Shown here piece after piece: positions 11,218 to 22,221 of a stretch of DNA of 64,000 nt (position 1 is its first letter; the number at the start of each line of letters is the position of its first letter). The notes below the pieces were generated by a model, which was not told the origin of the DNA, did not search any database, and worked only from the letters and a program-made list of their open reading frames with translations. This DNA is from an uncultured Acidobacteriota bacterium (GTDB taxonomy: Bacteria; Acidobacteriota; UBA6911), in NCBI GenBank assembly GCA_963809485.1, contig CAWEJX010000012.1, positions 128,001 through 192,000 on the forward strand, written 5' to 3'. The position numbers and the translations under genes were made by a program.

Positions 11218-11454
11218 GTCAGGTGCCTCCGGCAAAGCCGGAGGCTTGAAAGATTTGAACCGCTCAAAGCGGTTGGAGGAGTTACTCCGGTCTTGAACGC
11301 TGACTTACGCGGGCAAAAGCCGATGAGGCGCTTCCGACCCTCGCCGAACAAATCGGCGTTTGTCAGCGCTTTTGTCAGCGTATCTCAGCGTTTCAAAATG
11401 CGGAACTGTCAAACTCTATGAGTCCCCCGGCAGAGCCGTGGGTTTACCAACAGA
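11218..11454 (-). mobile_element. Non-autonomous IS200/IS605-like element copy B
   Basis: Both subterminal hairpins present; ends in TGAC; preceded by CAAT in element orientation. Confidence 0.8.
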
Positions 11455-11505
11455 ATTGCTGCTGCGGATGGAAGCCATCTTTGGGCTGAGCGCTATGATC
11501 GAGAG

Positions 11506-11676
11506 ATGAGAGACGTATGCACGATCGAGGAGATCCAGGAGCCTTTCCATAAGCAGCATCGGACTGATGGCCTTCCGGTCATCCCACCCAAAAAGGAAGC
11601 CGTGGCGGAGATGTTGAAGGGAACGGGCTTCACGGCTAAGACAGACGTCAGAAACACAGCCCGGCTCAAAAAGTGA
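11506..11676 (+). pseudogene. Internal fragment of a fourth UGSC-like gene
   Basis: IEEIQEPFHKQHRTDGLPVIPPKKEAVAEMLKGT matches FLDNQMSDGLPLVPPTREAVAKMLKGT of the intact copies. Confidence 0.75.
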
Positions 11677-11720
11677 CCGATTTGCTGAGGAACCGGTCTT
11701 GGCGTCTGAGCGGTACGCCG

Positions 11721-12987
11721 TCAATATCTCCCGTATTCTTTTGTGAATTCAATCATGGCCTTCAAGTTCTCCGGCTTTACCTCATCCGTGGAACTCCTTG
11801 GCCCCAGAATGTATCCGCCGCCCTTGCCCACCGTGTCAATGAGGTTCTTGCAGTAGTCTTTGACTTCCTGAACCGACCCCATCTGCAGAAGTGAAGACGG
11901 CACATTCCCTTCTATGCACACATGATCTTTAAGAATCTCTTTCGCCTTGACTATGTCGGTGCGGTCGAACCGGGCCAGTATCTTGCCCTTGGGAAACTCG
12001 AGCAGATACTCCAAACGCGACGTGAATGTCCCCTCAAAAAAAATGCAGGGCGTTGCTCCACGATCGACGAGAGTCATGACAAGCTTCTTGAATGTCGGCC
12101 AGTAAAAAGTCTGGAACTGCTTCATCGACATGAAGTCGTCGGACCCCCTCGTATTGGTCATGAAAATCCTGATGTTGCCGAATTCATTAGGCTTCGGTAG
12201 CGGTCTTGCCAGCGTTTTCTCCAGCAGGAATTCACACATCGCGATGAGTTTGTGCGGCTTTCGATACATGTCCAGCATCGTGCCCTTCATGCCGCGAATA
12301 CTGTTGGAGATCACATCAAATGGCGGCATTGCCGCCCCCTGAAACAACTGGGGGATGCCGTAGTCAAGCAACATCTGGTTGAACTCGTCGATTTTGTGCT
12401 GCCACCTCCTGAATTCCCGCCCTGCCTTCTGGAGGTTTTCGATCATGGATTCGAACTTGGGTTCGGTAAAGATCATCGCCAGCGTTTGCGCGGCCATAGG
12501 CTCGATCCAACTCATGCTGTTCGAGCTCCGGAAGCATCGACAGCCCTTCCAGGCTTTCATACGTCCTCGGCAGATGATGCCGTATCATGAAATCGGCCGG
12601 CTTGTCTAAAAAGCAGTCGTGTTCGTCATCCCGCAAGCTTTCAATTTCAATGGCCTGGTGCCCATGGTTGGGAGCAACGCCGTAGCCGGGCCATTTCCGA
12701 AACCTTGGATTCAGGTATTCCATTGCGGTTCCGGGAGAGAAAGGCTGGGTGAATGACATGTCCGGCTGATAGTCGCCAAGTGTTTTTCGGTATGCCGCCA
12801 GCCAGGCGTCAGGATCATAATACGCAGCCGAGCATGGTATGCCGGCATAGCGGGCGACGAAGTAGCCAAGCGAACAGATTACCGGGACCCTGTCCGTAGG
12901 TCTGAGACGGATGGCGTTCGTGACCCGCAGTTCTCTTTCACGGCGCAATTCCTCGGAAGTTTTTCCATGTTCAAGTGTTGTTGTCAT
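11721..12987 (-). CDS. Uroporphyrinogen decarboxylase/MtaA-CmuA superfamily protein; one frameshift near 12522
   Basis: N-terminal PTDRVPV and RKWPG in 12364..12987; C-terminal IRGMKG..DMYRKP, FYWPT, CIEGNVP, GGGYIL in 11721..12560; the frames join on removing one base. Confidence 0.82.
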
Positions 12988-13139
12988 TCCCGTCTGTCCC
13001 TTGCTGCAGCTCTACGGTGAACCGTTCTCAAACTCTCATTGGATGAACAGCTTGCCGATCCCTATAGCGGAACCTGATCCAGGGACAGGCCGGTGGTGGA
13101 CATGCGCCAAATGAATGGCAAATTGTATTTTCCAAAAAA

Positions 13140-14105
13140 CTAAGCGCAGGCCAGTATCGCTTTCTTTACCATCCCCGCGGCGACCTGAATCTTCCACTTG
13201 TTCAGCGCCAGAGCCCTCGCTTCCGTGACCGCAGCCGTGCCGGCCGCCTGCGCGCTCGCCACATCGATCGTCTTGCCCGCTATGGATTCCTCCGCTTTGG
13301 TCGCCCGGTAGGGTTTGTTATATACCGCATTGAGACATATCCGGGCCGTTCCGCCCCCAATGGCCGCCGCACAATTCACGATGGGAAAGTCTATCGACGA
13401 CCTCAGGGCAAACTTTACAAAGGCGCTTTTGACGCCGGAAGCCGGCGCGGGAACCTGAATCTCCTTTACGATTTCATCGTTCTCCAGCACCGTGGAACGA
13501 GGGATCTTTACCGCCCAGAACTCCTCGGCGTTGAGGGTTCTCTTCGACGTCACGATCCTGGCATTTAAAGCGACCAGCGCCGGCGCCGTGTCGCTTGGAT
13601 TCACAGCCATGCAGGCTGAAACACCCCCGAATATCGAGTGATATCGATTCTCCCCGGCCATGGCAAAGCACGCTTTGCCGCCTTTCCTGATACAGAAAAA
13701 CCTGTTGTCGTGAAGCCGGAAATACCAGCAGCGATTGAGCTGGCAGACGTTGCCGCCGATCGTCCCCATTTCCCGGATGTGCGGCGAAGCGGTCTTATGG
13801 GCCGCCTCCGACAGCGCCGCCCATTTGCTTTTGACCACACTGCTCTTCGCAATGTCCTCGAGCCGGGCCAATGCGCCAATCCGCAGCATGCCCTTTTCTT
13901 CTTTGATGTAATCCAGGCTTGGCGTAATGGTCTTGAGGTTTACCAGAATCTGAGGATACATGGCATCCGGGAGTACCTCAAACCTCATGGTTCCCACAAG
14001 ATCGGTGCCCCCGGCAAGTGCCCAGGCATTGGCTGCACGCAGGGCCGACACCGCCTCTTCTACCGTCTTGGCATTGACACGGGTGAATTTCTTTACGGTC
14101 TTCAT
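13140..14105 (-). CDS. FAD-binding medium subunit of Mo hydroxylase with [4Fe-4S] insertion (PaoB/HcrB-like)
   Basis: AGGTDL, IREMGTIGGN; four-Cys insert RCWYFR..FFC..KAC..SAC; PSDTAPAL. Confidence 0.93.
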   Translation of the reverse strand: MKTVKKFTRVNAKTVEEAVSALRAANAWALAGGTDLVGTMRFEVLPDAMYPQILVNLKTITPSLDYIKEEKGMLRIGALARLEDIAKSSVVKSKWAALSEAAHKTASPHIREMGTIGGNVCQLNRCWYFRLHDNRFFCIRKGGKACFAMAGENRYHSIFGGVSACMAVNPSDTAPALVALNARIVTSKRTLNAEEFWAVKIPRSTVLENDEIVKEIQVPAPASGVKSAFVKFALRSSIDFPIVNCAAAIGGGTARICLNAVYNKPYRATKAEESIAGKTIDVASAQAAGTAAVTEARALALNKWKIQVAAGMVKKAILACA

Positions 14106-14119
14106 TTTTGTCTAAGCTC

Positions 14120-16468
14120 CTATGCTTTGCCCAATGCTTTAAGGATTTTGTCCGGGGTGACCGGTTCCGAGTCCACATATTTGCCTATGGCGTTGTATAC
14201 GGCCGTAGGCATGATCGTGTGGTTGCAGGCGCCGCCGTCTTCCCCAACGCCGCAACTCCCATAAGGAGCATAACCCAGACCAGTTTCCACAATGGCGCAC
14301 TCAATGGACGCGACGTCATTCATCACATTCACCGGGTAACCTATAAGGTTGTCGTTGAGTGCGAGTCCTGTTTTTGGGTCGAAATATAGCGTCTCTTTGG
14401 TGGACCTACTGAGCCCCATATACGCTCCGCCATATTGCTGGCCGTTAAACGCGTCCGGGTTTATTACTTTGCCGCCGTCATTCACGCTCACCTGTTTTAG
14501 TATCTCGATCCCTCCTGTGTCGGGATCCACTTCTATTTCCACGAAGTGGGCTTGCCGGACCATGCTGTACTCTTCCTGAACGCCGCCGCGCCCCGTGTGA
14601 CCGGGAGTATAGTCCCATACAAACAAATAATAAGTCAGGGCCGCTGCGATTTGCGCCAGTGTCTTTTTGTTTTCCGGGTTTGCCTTTTCAAAAATTACGC
14701 TGTCCTTGATGTCCAATTCTTCAGGCTTTTTATTGGGAAAGAACGCAGGCCTTGAAGGCATCAGATTTCCCAGTGTTCTGCGCAGGGGGGTTGGCTGAGT
14801 TACCATTTCAAGGATCAGCTGCTTCATTTTCCGCGAGGCTCTTCCTGTTGTGAGACTACTTCCGCTCAGCCCCTGGGAACCGCCCCCCGGCTCCGTTACA
14901 AAACCGTCGCGCCCCTCGAATGGCCTTATCCGGATATCTTTAAAGCTGACTCCCATTTCATCTGCCGCAATCTGGGAGAAGGCGGTCTGTCCGGCCCAGC
15001 CTCCATCACATTGCGTAGCCAGAAGGTCAACCGTTCCATCGGCGTTCACTCTTATGCCCATGCCGGCAGTCCCCACTGTATGCGCCCACTCGACGGTCGA
15101 GACATAGCCCATCCCGTGATATTTCCCATTGGGCAGAATTTTGGTTCCGGGCAAGTGCCACTTTTTGTCCCACTCCATAATTTTCTTGCCCAATTCATTC
15201 ACCTCTTTGCTGCTGTCCCTGGCAAGGTCAAACCCCTGTGGTTTTTTGATGTGCTCGTTCACGTATGCCCATTCGTGGCCTTCGACACCATCATTTATCT
15301 GGGCAATCTTGCTTGGATCCACCCCCAATTCGCCGGCTACGTGCTCCCATACCTGGGTCGTCACTCTGACTGTCGAGCAACCATGCTTGAAGCACTGGTC
15401 GAACGGTTTTGTATAGGCCGCAGAATCGCACGTAATGAGTATGTTGGGAATATTTGTGCCTTTGTGTATTTTATTGGTACTGAGTTCTGTAACCCAGGCT
15501 TCGTAGCATCTCAGTTGCATGGCCGTGATGCGGCCATCCAGTTTGAATCCTACTTTAAAGTAGTAACGGGACCGGGCGTCCTCGTCACCGCCGACGAAGT
15601 GACTTTCATCGTCCAGAACCTTCACAGGACAACCCGTTCGCCTGGAAGCTATCACCGCTACCTCAGCTGTATGATGGGACGCGATAAGACTCGAACCTCC
15701 AAAAAACGCTCCGTTGTAGGGCAGATACAGATGGATTTTGTTGAGAGGTGAGTATGGTCGCAGACCCGTCATCATAGTTAACCAGTTCTGACCGTGATGC
15801 CAGACATCCAGATAATCTCCCCTACTTTCGGCCACACCGACATGTGCCTCTACTCCGGCCCACACGTCGTGCTCCGTAATCGCTTTCCACTCGATTATTT
15901 TGTCGGCTTCGGCAAAGCCTTTTTCAATATCCCCAAACTTATATTCGGGACCAAATCTGGGCCTGCGGTTGGACTTGGGATCCACATCCGGGCGCATTAT
16001 CGGAGCGCCCGGCTTCAACGCTTCCTCGACGTCCAGGATGATCGGCAGCTCTTCCATCTCGAGTTCTATCAGTCGCAATGCCCGGTCGACGATCGCCTCG
16101 CTTTCGCCTACCACGACAGCTCCCACCATCCCCTCATACCAGTGGTTCGTGTCGGAGACAAGAGCTTGGCTTACAAGCTTAGGCCAGATTATCGTGGGAT
16201 CATCATATCGGAGTACCGCCCTTACACCTTGAAGAGCCTCGGCTTTGCTGGTATCCAGGCGTTTGATCTTGGCGTGAGCGTGGGGGGATCTAAGAAACTT
16301 CGCATAGAGCATCCCCGGACGGTATATGTCCCTGGTATACACTGCACTTCCGCTCGCTTTTTCGTAACCATCAACACGGTATATGCGGCGTTTTCCAATC
16401 ATTGTAGCGTTTTCCGGTACCGGCCAAAGCCACGGATATAGTGGTTCTCCCTCTTTTAGACCGTACAT
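14120..16468 (-). CDS. Xanthine dehydrogenase family molybdopterin-binding large subunit, clade 1
   Basis: PGMLYAKFLRSPHAHA, FFGG, GGGSQG, EIEVDPDTG, INP..GQQYGG, GVGE, AVYNAIG. Confidence 0.93.
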   Translation of the reverse strand: MYGLKEGEPLYPWLWPVPENATMIGKRRIYRVDGYEKASGSAVYTRDIYRPGMLYAKFLRSPHAHAKIKRLDTSKAEALQGVRAVLRYDDPTIIWPKLVSQALVSDTNHWYEGMVGAVVVGESEAIVDRALRLIELEMEELPIILDVEEALKPGAPIMRPDVDPKSNRRPRFGPEYKFGDIEKGFAEADKIIEWKAITEHDVWAGVEAHVGVAESRGDYLDVWHHGQNWLTMMTGLRPYSPLNKIHLYLPYNGAFFGGSSLIASHHTAEVAVIASRRTGCPVKVLDDESHFVGGDEDARSRYYFKVGFKLDGRITAMQLRCYEAWVTELSTNKIHKGTNIPNILITCDSAAYTKPFDQCFKHGCSTVRVTTQVWEHVAGELGVDPSKIAQINDGVEGHEWAYVNEHIKKPQGFDLARDSSKEVNELGKKIMEWDKKWHLPGTKILPNGKYHGMGYVSTVEWAHTVGTAGMGIRVNADGTVDLLATQCDGGWAGQTAFSQIAADEMGVSFKDIRIRPFEGRDGFVTEPGGGSQGLSGSSLTTGRASRKMKQLILEMVTQPTPLRRTLGNLMPSRPAFFPNKKPEELDIKDSVIFEKANPENKKTLAQIAAALTYYLFVWDYTPGHTGRGGVQEEYSMVRQAHFVEIEVDPDTGGIEILKQVSVNDGGKVINPDAFNGQQYGGAYMGLSRSTKETLYFDPKTGLALNDNLIGYPVNVMNDVASIECAIVETGLGYAPYGSCGVGEDGGACNHTIMPTAVYNAIGKYVDSEPVTPDKILKALGKA

Positions 16469-16483
16469 TTTCTCAGCCCTCCT

Positions 16484-17146
16484 CTAAGCGTTCCCGATGA
16501 CTTCCTTAACCGCTATTATGTGTTGTGTGTAGGTCCCGCACCGGCATATGTTGCCCCCCAGCGCGTCCCTTATATCCGCTTCAGTCGGCTTGGGAATACG
16601 ATCCAGCAGCGCCTTGGCGGTTACCACGAATCCCGGCGTGCAGTAGCCGCACTGCATGCAATGGTTCAGAACGTAAGCCTCGATGAGTTGCGGATTGTTA
16701 ATGGCAACACCTTCTGCCGTCTCTATGGCCATGCCGTCACAATCCGCCGCAAACGTCATGCAGGAAAGCACCGGCCGCCCGTTCATAATCACGGTGCATG
16801 ATCCGCAGGCCCCGTAACCGTTGCACATATCTTTGATGGATATAAAGCCCAGCTGATCGCGAAGCACATCGCGCAGCATCCACTCCGGCTCAACCCGAAG
16901 CTCATACTTATGCTTGTTCACGGTGAATTTTATCGTTTGGGCAGCTGCCGAGGCGGCCGGCGCGACGGTGCCCGCCGGAGCGGCACCGGCTCGTTTCGCC
17001 GCCTGGGGATCAGCGGCAACCACAGTGGCGCCGGCGCCTGTACCGAGGATGGCTACAGAGCTGACAGCAAATTCCCGGCGGGATATCGGTCCCAACCCTG
17101 TTCTTTCACTTTCTTCGGTTCTCTTTTTTTCTTCCTCTTTCGACAT
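16484..17146 (-). CDS. Tat-exported 2x[2Fe-2S] small subunit, near-identical to 563..1225
   Basis: SRREF; both Fe-S Cys motifs. Confidence 0.93.
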   Translation of the reverse strand: MSKEEEKKRTEESERTGLGPISRREFAVSSVAILGTGAGATVVAADPQAAKRAGAAPAGTVAPAASAAAQTIKFTVNKHKYELRVEPEWMLRDVLRDQLGFISIKDMCNGYGACGSCTVIMNGRPVLSCMTFAADCDGMAIETAEGVAINNPQLIEAYVLNHCMQCGYCTPGFVVTAKALLDRIPKPTEADIRDALGGNICRCGTYTQHIIAVKEVIGNA

Positions 17147-17185
17147 TGCGCACTCTCCCTGATAATTCCTGCCTTTTTTATCTGA

Positions 17186-19138
17186 TCACGGGCGCGGTCC
17201 GTAGTGAGGAACCGGGGAGCCCGCTTCGTACGCTCCGAGGTCCGGAGCCCGTCCGGTGAAATCGTCGTTAATATTGGGAAGTCGAGTCCCGGCGTCCACC
17301 GCCGCCGAGCCGGAACGCAGTCGGAAGTCAAAGTCAGCCGGATTGTAAAGCTTGGTGGGATTGGCCGGATCCGGCGGGGATACCTTCTCAAAAACGTTGT
17401 AGTCAACCAAAACGCTGTGCTTGTCCTGGCCGGTAGCCGCGCTGAACTCCTGAAGGGTCTTGAATTTTCGCATCTCCGGTTTGGCGTTGTAGTCCACGCG
17501 AGTTGAAAACGGAGGCGAATCCCATTCGAAAGAGCTTTCGGCATCTTCGTTCGGGCGGAAACCGTTGTAATCGGAGCTGGAGTAATTCGTGAATGTCTGG
17601 ACGGTGAACAAATCCGGAACTTCGCTCCGGCCAAGAATCAGGTTATTTCGGAAGTGGAGGTTGGATACGGGCGCAAGCATCCAGCGTGCAGCAGCGATCA
17701 AGGTGTTGTGGTAGAAGAGAATTCCCGACGATCCAAAGCAGAACTTCAGCGCGCCTCCTTCCGGGGCGTGGTACACGATGTTGCGCACGAAGTACACCGG
17801 GCCGCCGAACACCGGTTGAGTGCTCAAAGCCCTGTGCGCGTGGTTGAAGCAGCGATTCCGGAAAACCCGGATGTTGTGCGTAGCGCCGTCCGCCTCGATG
17901 CAATTGTCGTCGATGTTGGTGATATCGTTGTTGTAAAAGTCGATGGAAACCGGCAGGCGATCCCGGATCGGGTTCGGGGTGCCGTCGGGGTCGCCGTAAG
18001 TAGCGTGGTCGATTCCGTCGTGGAAGTTGGCTACGTAATTATGGGCGACAACGTGCCCCGAGCCGTATACCTTGACCGCATATTCCGACAGCAACTTGTT
18101 GGGAAAACCAGGCAGCTTTTGCCATGTGGCGCCGATCCAGCCCATAAGGATGTCCGATCGGTTCCTGCCGATGAAAACGTTGTCGGCGATGTAGAAATCC
18201 TTCGAGCCCGACCAATCGGTGGAGATACCTCGGCCGATATTCTCGAACCGGCATTTTTTGACAGTGAGGCCGCGCGAACCGGCAATGTTCTTCAGGCCTG
18301 CCAGAAAAGCCACATCGGTGTTGCGAATCGTCAGACCTTCAAAGTAATTGTCATTGGCGGCCATCACATTGAAGAGGTTATAGGCTCCGTCGCCATCGAA
18401 AATCACCTCTCCGTCGCCGGCCGCCTTGATGACGATCGGCTTGTCGGGAGTCCCGCTTTGAGTCAGGTAATACGTCCCGCCGGAAGGGTCCGTCCCTGCC
18501 CCGGGCTGAGCGTACCGCGTGCGGTCATCCCGGTATGTGCCGGCATGCACAAGGATCATGTCTCCCGCCTGCACCCGGGGAGGGTATGTATTGAAGTTGT
18601 CCGTACGCGAGGCGCCCATAAAATAAGCGCCGGCAAGGCCCGTGAACGCCGGCGTCTGCTTCTCTCCCTTGTAGCCCGGTGGATAAACGTGATAGACACG
18701 GCCGCCGGCAAAGGGTTGCGGCTCGAAACGCGTCCGCACCGTCACGAGGTTTTCCGATTTCCCCTCGATGCCGTCCGGATCCGCCAGAACAAACCGGCAC
18801 TCGTATTCGGTGCCGGCTTCCAGGTCAAAAATGCTTCCCGCGAACATGTTGGGCGCGCTGTAGTGGAAGGCGCCGGAGTAGGTCTGCTCGCGTTGCAGTC
18901 TCAGAAGGGGCAGCCCCCCTTTCCAGGCTTGCTCCCCCTTCTTTCTGTACTGAACCGAAACCTCGGCATTCCGGTTGTCATCGCCGTCTATATGCCACTC
19001 AAACCCCAGGGAGATCAGGGTCGGAGGCTCCACAACAAAATCTTTGGAAACGGTCCTGTCCAAGGCCGCGAGCGTGCCGGGCAGGAGGGAGAGGAACAGA
19101 ACCAAGGAAACAATTCGCTGCGCCGCGAATTTGCACAT
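17186..19138 (-). CDS. Secreted beta-helix protein paralog
   Basis: AAGGAG RBS before ATG 19138; same FN3-like and beta-helix motifs; ends APDLGAYE..GPRP. Confidence 0.88.
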   Translation of the reverse strand: MCKFAAQRIVSLVLFLSLLPGTLAALDRTVSKDFVVEPPTLISLGFEWHIDGDDNRNAEVSVQYRKKGEQAWKGGLPLLRLQREQTYSGAFHYSAPNMFAGSIFDLEAGTEYECRFVLADPDGIEGKSENLVTVRTRFEPQPFAGGRVYHVYPPGYKGEKQTPAFTGLAGAYFMGASRTDNFNTYPPRVQAGDMILVHAGTYRDDRTRYAQPGAGTDPSGGTYYLTQSGTPDKPIVIKAAGDGEVIFDGDGAYNLFNVMAANDNYFEGLTIRNTDVAFLAGLKNIAGSRGLTVKKCRFENIGRGISTDWSGSKDFYIADNVFIGRNRSDILMGWIGATWQKLPGFPNKLLSEYAVKVYGSGHVVAHNYVANFHDGIDHATYGDPDGTPNPIRDRLPVSIDFYNNDITNIDDNCIEADGATHNIRVFRNRCFNHAHRALSTQPVFGGPVYFVRNIVYHAPEGGALKFCFGSSGILFYHNTLIAAARWMLAPVSNLHFRNNLILGRSEVPDLFTVQTFTNYSSSDYNGFRPNEDAESSFEWDSPPFSTRVDYNAKPEMRKFKTLQEFSAATGQDKHSVLVDYNVFEKVSPPDPANPTKLYNPADFDFRLRSGSAAVDAGTRLPNINDDFTGRAPDLGAYEAGSPVPHYGPRP

Positions 19139-19199
19139 GCTCGAAATCTCCTTAATCGTCACTTACGATATATGAAAATCTGCAGATAAAGCAATCCGC

Positions 19200-19432
19200 T
19201 CACAGTCCAATCGTGCGATCGCCCGTTCGCGTGCTTCCTGCGCGGCACACATCTCCGTTACACTGCTTTTCGGCCTCAATCAAGGCGCTGGGATGACAGC
19301 CCCTGAAGGGTCACACACGGTGCCCGTTATGGTGCCGCGGTCGCCCCCGGCAGGGGCGGCCGCCGGTATAGCCGTCAAGACGCACAGGCATGCCACGACT
19401 GGACGAGCGAGACACTTCAGAGAGACTATCAT
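19200..19432 (-). pseudogene. 5' remnant of a TonB-dependent receptor
   Basis: ATG 19432, signal-like segment, then GDRGTITGTVCDPSGAVIP, a frameshift, and SALIEA..GDVCRAGSTRTGDRT; colinear with QSDRGTITGTVTDQAGAVIPNAAIE..STGNYT. Confidence 0.8.
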
Positions 19433-19829
19433 GTCGGCCCCTTGTCGCCTGAGGACTTCAGGAACTTCCCTCCGGAAATGAGTTACCTAAGTCACTTGGA
19501 ACCGAGCTGTTAGCTATCTAAGATGCAACATTTGATGCTTGTCAAGGGGAGTATTACCTTTTGTTTCTTTTTTTGCAACTTTATTTCCTCCAAATTTTTT
19601 GATCATTCCAATAAATCACATTCAGAATCTCACACTTTGTCGGTTTAGGAGCGCTGTACCCTGTTGCTGCCATCCGGATGTGGCGGGGCATCCTATCGCG
19701 GTAGCAATCGGGAAAAGTGATCTTCAAGAAGCTCAGTTTTGATGGGGCGGGGATCCGTCACAACCCGCCATCCCTTTGATTCTCAGACGCACTCACAGGC
19801 TTTTGAACTTCCTTTGGCCATCGATTTAA

Positions 19830-19882
19830 TGTTGCATTTCTGTGACATTTATCTTGACAACAAAATTGTTAGTATGAATAAT
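19830..19882 (+). promoter_or_regulatory. Operator plus sigma70-like promoter for the 20148-26295 operon
   Basis: TGTTGCATTTCTGTGACA-tttatc-TTGACA-N17-AATAAT. Confidence 0.72.
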
Positions 19883-20147
19883 CCCGTCCATCGATAGCAC
19901 AATGCCTTGAAAGCTTTCGCAAAACCAACGGACCCAAAAACAGATTTTGGGAATTCCGAATGACGAATTCAAAGACTCCCGAAATCGTTAGCGATCAAAA
20001 TAGGCCCGTGCCTTTCCGTTGCCGAAAGCAACACCCTATTTCAAAATCGGGGATTTGCTCAGATAAAACCGCACTCTAAGCGTCGGCTTGCAGGGGAGTA
20101 CGTCTCCCCATATCAACACCAGTATAGGAGGCGAAAGGAGATCAGGC

Positions 20148-22141
20148 ATGAAGAATAAAAAGAGCATCGTCATTTCAGGTGTCCTTATATTTCTCCTGGG
20201 CTTATCCTCCTTTGTCGCCGGTACGGTACCCGAAACATACGGGAACAAAGTAAAGGCGGGAGAGTTTGTCGTCGAGCCTCCAACGCTCATTTGCCTGGGG
20301 TTTGAATGGCATATCGACGGCGATGATAACCGTAATGCCACCGTGGATGTCCATTATCGTAAAAAGGGAGATACGGCCTGGAAACAGGCACAGCCGCTTT
20401 TGCGCCTCCAACGTGAGCAGGCAGGCGGGGACGCAACAATTCAAGATTATGTGATTCCAAACATGTTTGCCGGAAGCATATTGGATCTGGAACCTGATAC
20501 CGAGTATGAATGCAAGTTTCAGCATGAACGATCCGGACGGCGTAATTGGAACCAGGCAGAAAATCGTGTCTGTACGCACACGTCCCGAACCGAAACCTTT
20601 TGCGGGCGGAAAGACCTTGCACGTGTATCCTGCCGAGTATAAAGGTTCCAAAGAAAAGCCGGCCTTTGTAGGATTGAAATCGGCGTATGAAGAGGCTGAG
20701 CCAGGCGATATTATCCTGGTGCATGCCGGCCTTTACCAAAGCGACCGCACCAAATATCTGGACTATCTGAGAAAGGGGGTCGGATCAGACGTATTTGGAA
20801 CATCCAGGCTTACGAAGAGCGGAACAGCCGAAAAGCCCATTGCGATCAAGGGTGCAGGGGATGGCGAGGCCATTTTCGATGGCAATGCCTGCTCTCTCTT
20901 TTTCGATGTCATGGGCGCGAATTATCTATACTTCGAGGGGCTTACCTTCCGCAACGCCGATGTCGCTTTCCTCACGGGTTTGAAGAACGTGGCTGGCTGC
21001 AGCGGATTGACAATTAAGAAATGCCGTTTTGAGAATGTGGCCGAGGCCATCAGGGGAACCTATCAAGGGTCAAAAAACTATTACATTGCCGATAACGTGA
21101 TCATCGGCCGGAACAACCCAACAAGGCTGCTTGGCATGATCAGCAGAGAGGTTCGATATGACACTCAACCCGGCTTCCCCCCCTCGGTAGGCGGCCCGAA
21201 CGGATCCAACAATGCAATCACCGTCGCAGGGCAGGGCCACGTTGTATGTTACAACTATGTTGCAAATTTCTTCGACGGAATAGACACGAATCAATCATCC
21301 GGTGCACCGGCGGAAGGACAGGTATTGTTGCCGCCTATCGCGATCGACTTCTACAACAATTATATTTCCAATATGTCCGACAATTGTTTCGAAACGGATT
21401 GCTCTACGCACAACGTCCGCGTGATGCGCAACATGTGCATCAACAACGCCCATGGCACCTTGAGCTCACAGCCCGTCTATGGTGGACCGGTATACTGGAT
21501 ACGCAATATCGTTTACCATGCTCCCGATCGAGGAGCTCTAAAGATGTATGCAAGACCGGCAGGTGTGATCTTCTATCACAATACGTTCTGTGCCGAAGCC
21601 ATTGTTGGGCAACCCTCTGGATTGGGAGCTTCGAACATACACTTCCGCAACAACCTCATTCTTGGAGAGAATCCCGAATCCATGGTTAACTATCTTCCCA
21701 AGGATTTCAGGGGAATTTTCCTTATGGACACCTATACTTCCTATTCCACTGCCGATTATGACGGATTTCGTCCAAATGAGGGGCACGACATGCAGTTCGC
21801 CTGGAACTCACCGGCCGGCGGTGCACGGATCGATTACAAAAATCCACGGGAGGTGCATGTATTTAAAACTCTTAAAGAGCTTTGCGCAGCCACGGGCCAG
21901 GAATGTCATGGGATATTAGTGGATTACGATATATTCCAGAATGTAAAAAAAGCGGATATGGCCAACTTCAGCAAAATTTACGATGCTAAAGACATGGATT
22001 TTCGCCTTAAGCCCGGATTCTGTAGCGGTTGACGCCGGATGCATCCTCCCCAACATCAACGACGGTTTTACCGGAAAAGCTCCGGACCTCGGGGCATTGG
22101 AAGTCGGGCAGCCCGTGCCTATCTATGGGCCGCGGCCGTGA
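20148..22141 (+). CDS. Secreted beta-helix protein paralog; single-base frameshifts near 20521 and 22012
   Basis: Pieces 20088..20642 and 20467..22032 plus a terminal VAVDAGCILPNINDGFTGKAPDLGALEVGQPVPIYGPRP segment align end to end with paralogs. Confidence 0.83.
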
Positions 22142-22221
22142 TGTTCTGAACCAACAACTGTGAAAGATTGATCCGAATCCATTGGAAGGCTTCCGCGAAA
22201 GCAAATAGAGAGGAGGAATCT

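Noticed and set aside
17654-19189. 511-aa plus-strand ORF and similar long antisense ORFs (e.g. 3409..4341, 28726..29613, 56777..57754)
   Set aside because: Shadow frames opposite real genes in GC-rich DNA; no recognisable motifs.
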